Source: Truepera sp. (GTDB taxonomy: Bacteria > Deinococcota > Deinococci > Deinococcales > Trueperaceae). From it: a DNA stretch of 64,000 nt. Below are positions 51,388-61,240 of this stretch, in pieces; within the stretch, counting starts at the first letter, position 1; every line of letters begins with the position of its first letter. The position numbers and the translations under genes were made by a program. The notes under the pieces are model-generated. The model did no database searches. It was not told where the DNA came from and worked only from the letters and a program-made list of their open reading frames with translations. The stretch spans positions 2,976,001 through 3,040,000 of the forward strand of contig CBDCKW010000009.1 of assembly GCA_965218435.1 (NCBI GenBank), written 5' to 3'.

Positions 51388-51413
51388 CTCCGGAAGGCTC
51401 GAGTGAGTGGGTA

Positions 51414-52409
51414 ATGCTCGGCTTTATCCTTAAAAGGATTGGCTACGCTGTGCCAACTCTCGTTTTAATCAGCTTTTTTTCGTTTCTGATTATCGAACTC
51501 CCACCTGGAGACTATATGACCACGCTGCAAAACACGCTGGTCGCGCAGTCGGGCATGTCTCCAGGGGAGGCGCGCGCGCTGACTAACCGGATGAGGGAAG
51601 AGTACGGCCTCGATAAACCCTTTTTGATACGCTACGGTCAGTGGATCAGTGCTATCGTCACGCGCGGCGACTTCGGCTTTTCTTTCATCTTTCGCCGTCC
51701 GGTGAGCGAGGTGATCTGGCAACGCTTGGGGCTGACCCTGCTCGTCGCCCTTTGCGCCCATGTTCTGTCAGTTGTCAGCGGCGTCCTCATCGGTATCTTT
51801 TCAGCCACCCACCGCAACACCTTTTTTGACCACGCGGCTACCGTACTCGCTTTTTTAGGCTTCTCGGTACCCAACTTTTTCCTAGCACTCGTTATTATGT
51901 ACGTGCTCGCTTTTCACTTTGGTCAGCACGTCGGCGGCTTTTTTAGCCCTGACTACGTGATCGCCCCCTGGAGCTGGGCGCGTCTTGTCGATTTTCTCAA
52001 ACATTTTTGGGTACCTGTTTTGGTCGTCGGACTCGCGGGTACGGCGCGCAACATGCGGGTTATGCGCGGCAACTTACTTGATGTGCTTAACCAGAACTAC
52101 GTGCGCACGGCGCGCGCGAAAGGTCTGTCCAGCAACCGTGTTATCTTTAAGCACGCGGTTCGCAACGCCATTCAGCCCATCGTGATGTACCTTGGGGTGG
52201 CGCTGCCCTTTTTGCTCCAAGGTGAGATCGTAACGAGCGCCGTGCTGAACCTCCCGACGATGGGGCCGGTATTTTTACAGTCGCTGGTCACGCAGGACAT
52301 GTACCTTGCGGGCTCATTTTTGATGTTGCTGGCTGTAGTGCTGGTGATTGGCAACCTGCTGGCAGATATTGCGCTCGTTTGGGTAGATCCGAGAGTAAGT
52401 TATGATTGA
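51414..52409 (+). CDS. ABC transporter permease (OppB/DppB type)
   Basis: LPPGD, YGLDKP, GDFG.S and YVRTARAKG motifs. Confidence 0.93.
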   Translation: MLGFILKRIGYAVPTLVLISFFSFLIIELPPGDYMTTLQNTLVAQSGMSPGEARALTNRMREEYGLDKPFLIRYGQWISAIVTRGDFGFSFIFRRPVSEVIWQRLGLTLLVALCAHVLSVVSGVLIGIFSATHRNTFFDHAATVLAFLGFSVPNFFLALVIMYVLAFHFGQHVGGFFSPDYVIAPWSWARLVDFLKHFWVPVLVVGLAGTARNMRVMRGNLLDVLNQNYVRTARAKGLSSNRVIFKHAVRNAIQPIVMYLGVALPFLLQGEIVTSAVLNLPTMGPVFLQSLVTQDMYLAGSFLMLLAVVLVIGNLLADIALVWVDPRVSYD

Positions 52410-53535
52410 CGCCACGAGGATAAAACCGGTTGGGCAGACTGAGCCGAAATTCCAGACCAAAAGCACGTCAACGCTCGCTTTAACCTGGCGACGTTTCCGG
52501 CGAAACACGTTGGCCCAGATAGGCGGGACGTTCGTTGTTCTTCTTTTCTTCATCACCCTTTTTGCTCCCTTCTTTACACCGTATAATCCGACCCAAACAC
52601 AACTAGGTACAGTTTATGTTCCTCCCCAACGCGTTCACTTTTTCGACACCGAAGGGCGGTTTCATCTTCAATCCTTTACTTACGCGCTTGTTCCCGACAT
52701 AGACCCCAATACCTGGGCACGTATTTACCGTGAAGATACCAGCAAGATGTACAGGCTAAACTTTTTTGCCCCTGGTTGGGATTACAAGCTGCTTAACCTT
52801 GTCCCGACAAACCTCCATCTCGTCAGCGTCGAGGAAGGGGGTAGTCTGTTTCTCCTTGGTACCGACAAGATGGGGCGCGACCTCCTCAGCCTGATCATCT
52901 TCGGTGCGCGTATTTCGGTCGGGATCGCAGTTTTTGGCGCACTGGTGAGCGCCTTTTTAGGGTCGGTGATCGGCGCGGCGTCGGGGTATTACGGGGGTAT
53001 CTTCGACAACGTTACCCAGCGAGTCAGTGAACTTCTGCTGAGTTTTCCAACGTTGCCGCTCTTTATGGCGGTGAGCGTAGCGATTCCGGTCGAGTGGCCA
53101 CCGCTCGGTGTGTTTTTCGGCATTATGATGATTTTTGCCCTGTTAGGTTGGCCGACGCTGGCGAGGGAGGTGCGTGGCAAAGTACTGTCTTACCGTGAAG
53201 AAGAGTTTGTCATGGCTGCTCGCGCGGCTGGGGCGACAGGACCTTACATCATCTTCCGCCACATCTTGCCGAACGTGATCAGTCACATTATCGTGATCCT
53301 TACGATCAGTGTACCCGAGCTAATCCTGGCGGAGGGGGCGCTATCGTTTTTGGGCCTTGGCATTCAACCACCGCTAGTGAGCTGGGGCGTCTTGTTACGC
53401 GACGCAACGACGTTAGAGACCCTCGGCCAGAACCCTTGGATCATGCTTCCGGGTGTCGCCATCTTGTTAACCGTCTTAGCTTTTAACTTTCTTGGAGACG
53501 GTTTGCGTGACGCCATCGACGCGACGACCCAATAA
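52402..53535 (+). CDS. ABC transporter permease (OppC/DppC type)
   Basis: LGTDKMGRD, EFVMAARAAGA, SFLGLG and GDGLRDA motifs. Confidence 0.93.
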   Translation: MIDATRIKPVGQTEPKFQTKSTSTLALTWRRFRRNTLAQIGGTFVVLLFFITLFAPFFTPYNPTQTQLGTVYVPPQRVHFFDTEGRFHLQSFTYALVPDIDPNTWARIYREDTSKMYRLNFFAPGWDYKLLNLVPTNLHLVSVEEGGSLFLLGTDKMGRDLLSLIIFGARISVGIAVFGALVSAFLGSVIGAASGYYGGIFDNVTQRVSELLLSFPTLPLFMAVSVAIPVEWPPLGVFFGIMMIFALLGWPTLAREVRGKVLSYREEEFVMAARAAGATGPYIIFRHILPNVISHIIVILTISVPELILAEGALSFLGLGIQPPLVSWGVLLRDATTLETLGQNPWIMLPGVAILLTVLAFNFLGDGLRDAIDATTQ

Positions 53536-53581
53536 CAGACAACCCGGCAAAAAGGCAGGGTTGCAGTAAACTAGGAGTCCT

Positions 53582-54997
53582 ATGACTAAAATCACCTTTA
53601 TCGGCGCAGGCAGCACGGTATTTGCCAAAAACCTACTCGGCGACATTCTAAGCTTTCCCGAACTTTCAACTGCAGAGATTGCACTCTTCGATATTGACGC
53701 CGAACGTCTCAAGACGTCGGAAATCGTGGCGCACAAGGTTGCCGACGCACTCGGCGCTAAACCGACTATCACCGCCACGACCGACCGCAATGCTGCGCTA
53801 GACGGCGCAGACTACGCGCTCAATATGATTCAAGTCGGCGGCTACAAACCGAGCACGGTGATTGATTTTGAGATTCCGAAAAAGTACGGGTTACAACAGA
53901 CCATCGGCGATACTTTAGGCATCGGCGGCATCATGCGGGCGCTTAGGACTGTTCCGGTGCTCTTAGAGATGGCCCACGACATGGAGCGGCTTTGCCCCGA
54001 CGTGCTGCATCTGAATTACGTCAACCCGATGGCGATGAACTGTTGGGCGTTAGCCCGAGCCACGCGGATTAAAACCGTTGGACTTTGCCACAGCGTCCAG
54101 GGCACTGCGGGTGAGTTGGCCAAAGACATCGGCGTGCCGGTGGAGGAAATCAACTACCGCGTTGCCGGCATCAACCACGTGGCGTTTTATCTTGAGTTTG
54201 AGCGGGGCGGACAAGATTTATACCCGGAGATTCAGCGTGTGGTAGACGAAGGCCGTGTCCCCGACACGAACCGGGTGCGTTACGAGATGTTTAGACGGTT
54301 GGGCTATTTTGTCACCGAATCTTCAGAGCACTTTTCTGAATATACGCCGTGGTTTATTAAACAGAATCGGCCCGAACTCATTGAAAAGTTTAATATCCCG
54401 ATCGACGAATATTTGCGCCGCTGCGAGTTTCAGCTGCAGAAGTGGGAACAGCTCAGAAATAGGCTCGAGGACCCCACCACCACCTTTAAGGTGCAAGACG
54501 TTCACAGCGAACACACGGACGACTCCCCAACGGACGGCAGCGTCCGTGACGAAGACCGGATGATGGAACAGATGCTCACCATCAAACGCTCGCCCGAGTA
54601 CGGCTCCTTAATTATCCATTCGGTTGAAACAGGACAGCCCAGGGTCGTTTACGGCAACGTCATGAACACCGGCCTGATTGACAACCTACCCGAATGCTGC
54701 GCCGAAGTCCCGTGCGTCGTTGACCAAAACGGCATGCAACCAACCCATATCGGCGCGTTGCCGCCGCAGCTTGCTGCCCTGATGCAAACCAACATCAACG
54801 TGCAGGCTCTGACGGTTGAGGCCATCTTGACCGGCAACAAAGAACATCTCTACCACGCCGCGATGTTTGACCCGCATACGAGCGCCGAGCTGGATTTAGA
54901 GCAGATTCACGACTTGGTGGACGACCTCTTAGAGGCGCACGGCGAGATGATACCTGAAGCGTTTCGCGCTTCAAAACAGCGGGAGTTGGCGCACTAA
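53582..54997 (+). CDS. melA: GH4 alpha-galactosidase (MelA-like, paralogue 2)
   Basis: KITFIGAGSTVF, QTIGDTLGIGGIMRALRT, NYVNPMAM, GLCHSVQGT and TESSEHF motifs. Confidence 0.9.
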   Translation: MTKITFIGAGSTVFAKNLLGDILSFPELSTAEIALFDIDAERLKTSEIVAHKVADALGAKPTITATTDRNAALDGADYALNMIQVGGYKPSTVIDFEIPKKYGLQQTIGDTLGIGGIMRALRTVPVLLEMAHDMERLCPDVLHLNYVNPMAMNCWALARATRIKTVGLCHSVQGTAGELAKDIGVPVEEINYRVAGINHVAFYLEFERGGQDLYPEIQRVVDEGRVPDTNRVRYEMFRRLGYFVTESSEHFSEYTPWFIKQNRPELIEKFNIPIDEYLRRCEFQLQKWEQLRNRLEDPTTTFKVQDVHSEHTDDSPTDGSVRDEDRMMEQMLTIKRSPEYGSLIIHSVETGQPRVVYGNVMNTGLIDNLPECCAEVPCVVDQNGMQPTHIGALPPQLAALMQTNINVQALTVEAILTGNKEHLYHAAMFDPHTSAELDLEQIHDLVDDLLEAHGEMIPEAFRASKQRELAH

Positions 54998-55040
54998 CGT
55001 AAATTTTTAGGGTGACAAGCTCCCTCACCCACAGGACAAA

Positions 55041-55130
55041 ATGGTAAAGGTTAAACGCCCGACGAGTTTTGAAGTTGTCCAACTCGCGGGCGTTTCTCGC
55101 ACAACGGTGTCGCCGATACTCAGTAGGACA
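55041..55130 (+). pseudogene. LacI-family regulator N-terminal remnant
   Basis: KRPTSFEVVQLAGVSRTTVS.IL matches a LacI HTH; similarity then stops and no sugar-binding domain follows. Confidence 0.7.
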
Positions 55131-55293
55131 ACTCACAACAAACAACATGGTGACGTTGCGTTTGCACAGTGTCGCCGTTGGACGCGCTCAGGCTTTCGGC
55201 TCGAAGCCAACAAATCGAGGCCAACAAACCGAGATAGTAATTTAAGCCTAAAACGCAACAGTGTCGCAGTTCGTTTTCACGGTTCAAACCCCA

Positions 55294-55896
55294 CTAAGTA
55301 GGCAGCGCCCACCACACCCACACCGCAGCAACGACCAAAAGCGAACCTATAGGCGAGACAAAGGCCAGGGCGGTTGCCGCAGCAAAAAACACGGTGCCGA
55401 GCTGAGACTTAGAGCCGATTAACATTGACGTCGCATTTTTGGTTTCGCCGGCGTCTTGCACCGCAAGTCTGAGCAGCAAAAACGTCAAACTAATGAGCGC
55501 GCTTATGCCTGCGTACACTGCTGCTGCGACCGGCGCGGCAGGTTCAGTGAGATATGCAGCAACCAGTGAGGTCGGAAACGGCAAAAACGTAACGGTCAAA
55601 AGAAAAAGGCCGTTGAGACGCACCAGGCGCAGCGTCACGACGCGGACGTCTTGCAAAAGCAGGTGATGCCCTATCCAGGCAACCAAAATCGTTCCAAAGG
55701 CCAACACGAAGGCAAAGTACGAAGGCCAGCGCCTCAGTAACGCCGACCAAAGCAGCCCTGGAGAACTGGCGTCAGCAGCACTAGGCACTTTGATGTCGAG
55801 TACGAGCAGCGTGATGAGGATCGCAAAAACGCCGTCACTAAACGCTTCTAAACGCCTCGAGTCCTTAAAGAAAGGGGTATGTCTTCGGCTGGCCAT
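55294..55896 (-). CDS. TMEM175-family potassium channel
   Basis: RLEAFSDGVFAILITLL signature, W..HH and LPFPT motifs. Confidence 0.92.
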   Translation of the reverse strand: MASRRHTPFFKDSRRLEAFSDGVFAILITLLVLDIKVPSAADASSPGLLWSALLRRWPSYFAFVLAFGTILVAWIGHHLLLQDVRVVTLRLVRLNGLFLLTVTFLPFPTSLVAAYLTEPAAPVAAAVYAGISALISLTFLLLRLAVQDAGETKNATSMLIGSKSQLGTVFFAAATALAFVSPIGSLLVVAAVWVWWALPT

Positions 55897-55948
55897 AGGC
55901 CCTCAGCATAACTGGATAAGCTCGCAAAGGTCCGAAACGGGCTCAGTG

Positions 55949-56149
55949 CAGGGCTTACGCATGTGACAAGGTTTCACCGGCCCAGTAAAGGTAACGTACG
56001 GCTTTCGGTGGCCATGCCAACCTCGGCGTAGCTTCTGCACGTTCAGCGTCGGCGACGTTGGTAGAGAGCAACCTATAAGCTGGTTGACCTTCGACACGCC
56101 GGTGACGGAGACACAAAAACTTCGCCGCAATCCATAGGCGTAAGCCCTG
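55949..56149. mobile_element. 201-bp MITE with CAGGG ends (ISAs1-like)
   Basis: Perfect 12-bp TIR CAGGGCTTACGC/GCGTAAGCCCTG; flanking direct repeat CTCAGTG at 55942-55948 and 56150-56156. Confidence 0.85.
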
Positions 56150-56167
56150 CTCAGTGAGTTAGCCCGG

Positions 56168-57532
56168 TCACTCCAAAAGCAGCGATTCAGGCGTTGTAAG
56201 TAACTCGATCAAGTAACTCGTAAACTGCGCCGCCTCCGCCCCGTCAATGATGCGGTGGTCAAACGATAACGACAGATAGAGCATCTGCCGCGCTTCTATA
56301 GAATCGTCGGGCATCACCACCGGGCGCTTTTTGATGCTGTGAACACCTAAAATCGCCGCTTCAGGAACGTTGATAAGCGGGAAGCTGAAAAGCCCACCGA
56401 GCGAACCGATATTGGTAATGCTAAACGTGCCGCCCTTCACGTCTTCAGGGGCGAGTTTGCCGTCTCGAGCTTTCGCCGCGAGCGTATTGACCTCTTGCGC
56501 GACCTCTAAAATGCTCTTTTGGTCTACGTCTTTGATGACCGGGACGACCAAACCTACATCCGTTGCAACCGCTAAGCCCAAGTTGTAAAACCGCTTGAGG
56601 ACAACCTCACTCGAGGCTTCATCAAAGCTCGAGTTCACCACCGGAAACTTTTTCAGCGCCGCCACCGCCGCTTTTATGATAAACGGCAGATACGACAGCC
56701 GAACGCCACGTTTTTCCGCCAGCGGTTTGAGCCGCGCACGCAGCGCGACCAGCTCAGTGGCGTCTACTTCGTCAACGTGTAGGGTGCGCACCGTTTGCAG
56801 GTGTGACGCGACCATCTGGTTGGCAATGGCTCGCCGTAAACCACGAATGGGAACGCGCTCCTCGAGCCCTTCATACCCCGCCGGTGTTTTATAACCGGGT
56901 GCTTTGGGCATACTTGGAGTCGAAGATGTAGCCTGTTCAGCAGCTTTTCTCACGTCGTCTACGCGGATGCGCCCGTTTGGGCCGCTGCCGGAGACGGCAC
57001 CTAGCTCGAGGCCCAACTCGCGGGCGAGTTTGCGCGCCGCCGGAACCGCTACGGGGCGACCATACGGGCCGGATTTGCGCTCAGCTTCACCATTTTGAGT
57101 GTCTTGCCGCATGACCTGATAGACCGGTTCAGCGTGGTCGTCTTTGGACGCCCGGAACAAGCTGCGTGCGTCACCATCGTCTGTATCGTTATCTCCGTCA
57201 TTGGTATCGTCTTCTAGCTCAGCAGGCGGGTCTTGGGCCAGCTCTGCTTTGGGTGACGGCGTTTCTGTCGCACCGGCCGCTTGCTCTCCTATAGCCTCGT
57301 CTGCAAAGCGGGCAATCGGCGCGTGAACTGCGACCACGTCCCCTTCAGCGACGAGCTGCGTCTCTAATACCCCGGCGAACGGGCTCGGCAGCTCGACCGT
57401 GACCTTATCGGTCATTACCTCGACGACCGGCTGGTCTTCTTCGACGTGTTCGCCCTCGGCGACGAGCCATTTGACGATTTCACCTTCGATCACCGACTCG
57501 GCGAGTTCGGGGAGTACGAGTTCTCGGGGCAT
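56168..57532 (-). CDS. Dihydrolipoamide acyltransferase (E2) of the branched-chain 2-oxoacid dehydrogenase
   Basis: Lipoyl domain VMTDKV, PAARKLARE and FDHRIIDG motifs. Confidence 0.93.
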   Translation of the reverse strand: MPRELVLPELAESVIEGEIVKWLVAEGEHVEEDQPVVEVMTDKVTVELPSPFAGVLETQLVAEGDVVAVHAPIARFADEAIGEQAAGATETPSPKAELAQDPPAELEDDTNDGDNDTDDGDARSLFRASKDDHAEPVYQVMRQDTQNGEAERKSGPYGRPVAVPAARKLARELGLELGAVSGSGPNGRIRVDDVRKAAEQATSSTPSMPKAPGYKTPAGYEGLEERVPIRGLRRAIANQMVASHLQTVRTLHVDEVDATELVALRARLKPLAEKRGVRLSYLPFIIKAAVAALKKFPVVNSSFDEASSEVVLKRFYNLGLAVATDVGLVVPVIKDVDQKSILEVAQEVNTLAAKARDGKLAPEDVKGGTFSITNIGSLGGLFSFPLINVPEAAILGVHSIKKRPVVMPDDSIEARQMLYLSLSFDHRIIDGAEAAQFTSYLIELLTTPESLLLE

Positions 57533-57536
57533 AGGG

Positions 57537-58298
57537 TCAGGTTCTCCTTAGTAACCAGATAAAACCGGCGAACGGAAACGTCTCTTCGCCGTCAAAAAAG
57601 GGCTCGAGCTCTTCAGTAAACTTTACTTTGAGCGTTTGGGCTGAGTAACGTCCGCTCGAGCTTGCCGCAACCGCGTTACTCTGCGACATAAGATAAGCTA
57701 CAAAGTCAGCCAAATTAAATGACCAGGTATTTTCGTAAGGTTCTCTGACCACAAACTCAAAGCCAGCTTTTCGGGCATCTTCGTCTGTAAAAGGTGCGCG
57801 GTCTCTGGGCGGTGACAGATGAGCTTCGTAATAACGTTTTAACCACGCCACAAAATTGGCATTTAGATGCTGCTGACCTCTGAAAAAGTTTTCGTATAGG
57901 GCGAGCCAACCGCCCGGACGCAGCACGCGCCGCGCCTCTTGCAAAAACGCGCCACGGTCAAACCAGTGAAACGCGGAGCTGACGGTGATGAGGTCGGCGG
58001 TAGCATCCGCTAGAGGAAGTGATTCTGCTGACGCCTGATAGTAGGTGATACGCGCGTCTTTCGGGGCTATAGAGAGCATTGCTTTAGACGCGTCTATTCC
58101 AATCACACGTTTAGCGACAGCCAGCAGCGCCTGCGTTGACAAGCCCGTACCGCACGCCACGTCTACGGCTAGCTCGAGGGGAGCGCCTAAAAAAAGTTTT
58201 TCTCTAACTCTTTCAATCACCAGCGGATGAAAGTGAGGACGGCCCTGAGCGTAAGCTTCGGCAGTCTCCGAGGTAACAAATGGATTTACGGGGTTCAT
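57537..58298 (-). CDS. Class I SAM-dependent methyltransferase
   Basis: VDVACGTG, AESLPL, AFHWF and RVLRPGG motifs. Confidence 0.9.
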   Translation of the reverse strand: MNPVNPFVTSETAEAYAQGRPHFHPLVIERVREKLFLGAPLELAVDVACGTGLSTQALLAVAKRVIGIDASKAMLSIAPKDARITYYQASAESLPLADATADLITVSSAFHWFDRGAFLQEARRVLRPGGWLALYENFFRGQQHLNANFVAWLKRYYEAHLSPPRDRAPFTDEDARKAGFEFVVREPYENTWSFNLADFVAYLMSQSNAVAASSSGRYSAQTLKVKFTEELEPFFDGEETFPFAGFIWLLRRT

Positions 58299-59271
58299 CA
58301 GTATTCTAAAACCCGCTGCACCGCTTTCAAAATGCGGTTCACTCCCGGCAAGTAAAGCCGGTCTTGTGCATACGGATACGGCGTGTCAAAGCCAGTTACG
58401 CGCAGGGGCGGTGCGAGCAGCATATCCAGCACTTCTTCAGAAATCGTCGCCGCCACCTCGCTGACAAACCCGCCGGTTTTGGGCGCTTCGGAGACCAACA
58501 CGACGCGGCCGAGTTGGGCCACGGCCTCTAACACCGTCCCCTTGTCCCACGGCATCAAGGAGCGCAGGTCAATCACCTGGGCCGAAATGCCCTGCTCAGC
58601 GAGCGCGTCAGCGGCCTTGAGCGTTTCGGCAACGCTCGCGCCGTAAGAGACGAGCAGCACGTCGTCCCCCTCACGTCGCACTCTCGCTTGACCGAGTGGA
58701 ACGAGGTGTTCGCCGTCCGGCACCTCTTCTTTCATGGTGCGGTACAAGCGTTTAGGCTCCATAAAAATCACCGGATCGTCGTCGCGGATGGCGGTGCTCA
58801 GGAGTCCTTTGGCGTCAGCGGGAGACGACGGGTAGACGACCTTGAGGCCGGGGGTGTGAACGAAGTGCGTTTCAGGGTTTTGCGAGTGATGATGTCCGCC
58901 TTTGACGCCGCCACCCGCAGGCATCCGCACGACCATCGGGGCGAAAAACTGCCCGCCGGAGCGGTAGCGAAGTTTGGCGGCTTGCGAGACGAGTTGGTCA
59001 AAACCGGGGTACACGTAATCTGAGAACTGGATTTCAGCAACGGGCCGGAGGCCGTGCGCGGCCATTCCCACCGCCGCGCCGATAATCGCCGCTTCTGAAA
59101 GCGGCGTGTCAATCACCCGGTCAGGACCATAACGTTCAAACAGTCCTTCGGTCGCCAGAAAGACGCCGCCGCGTTTGCCGACATCTTCACCCATCAAGAC
59201 GACGCGCTCGTCCCTTTCCATCTCACCTAAAAGGGTATGCGCGACCGTTTGGACAAAGTTAAGCTGCGCCA

Positions 59272-59272
<1 letters not shown>
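58298..59272 (-). CDS. 2-oxoisovalerate dehydrogenase E1 beta
   Basis: [24 protein letters not shown] and GGHHHSQ motifs. Confidence 0.92.
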
Positions 59273-60498
<1,226 letters not shown>

Positions 60499-60647
60499 TT
60501 ATGCGCCCATAAAGTTGCCGCCAACCGTCCGCTCGAGCAGCTGTCACTCACATCAAGTATACGCTAGCACCCCTGAGCGCGTAAAAAACCCATGCCCCCT
60601 ACCAATTCGGTACACTTTTCGGCGTCAGCTAAAGTTATGAGTGTTTG

Positions 60648-60857
60648 CTTAGTACAAGACAAAAAACAATTTTACGAGTCTGGAACGGGCTATTGAGCCC
60701 TCTGAAAAGTAGCGTTTATGTTCCCCTAGATTGCTGTCTAAGACAATGTTCAAAGGGGTTTACCCGGTCGTGCTCATGCAGACAAACATCTTCTTGTCTA
60801 GCTTATGCAAAAAAGCACGTTCTGGACAAGGTTGCTAAAAAGTTGTCGTGTGCTCAG
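60648..60857. mobile_element. 210-bp MITE, IS4/IS10-like ends
   Basis: Imperfect 15-bp TIR CTTAGTACAAGACAA/TTGTCGTGTGCTCAG (12/15); 9-bp TSD GAGTGTTTG/GAGCGTTTG; second copy at 4369-4553. Confidence 0.8.
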
Positions 60858-60871
60858 GAGCGTTTGTTGAA

Positions 60872-61032
60872 CAGGGCTGACGCATCTTCAAACTGAACCG
60901 AAGGTTTCAGGGGAATTTGCTTTGTTTTCAAAAATCCCTGCTGCGTAAATATCAAAGCGAGGTGCTTTATTCGCCTTCTTCAGCTTGAGAATCGTTTTAT
61001 GGACTTTCAGAACTAGGTCACGCTCAGCCCTG
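60872..61032. mobile_element. 161-bp degenerate MITE with CAGGG ends (ISAs1-like)
   Basis: TIR CAGGGCTGA/TCAGCCCTG; 10-bp TSD GTTTGTTGAA/GTTTGTCGGA (8/10). Confidence 0.7.
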
Positions 61033-61240
61033 GTTTGTCGGAGGTAGCCCCGGCCCCGCCAGCAAAGTGACAGTTTTGCTCCACACGAGGTTTGTGATGC
61101 GCTCATAGCTTAGAGAACGTGACGGGCCTAAACAGCTCAGGGGACTTTCTCACGCTTTGTTCCCCTTGTTCCCCAGCACTTGCGGGTAATAGCTGCTACC
61201 CGGCACGGGTGCGCTATCATAGGCAGACGAGGAGGCTCAG

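Noticed and set aside
55903..56130. 75-aa ORF upstream of TMEM175
   Set aside because: It lies mostly inside the 201-bp MITE and shows no protein features
60645..60896. 83-aa ORF
   Set aside because: It lies within the MITE, and the second copy at 4369-4553 has stops in the equivalent frame
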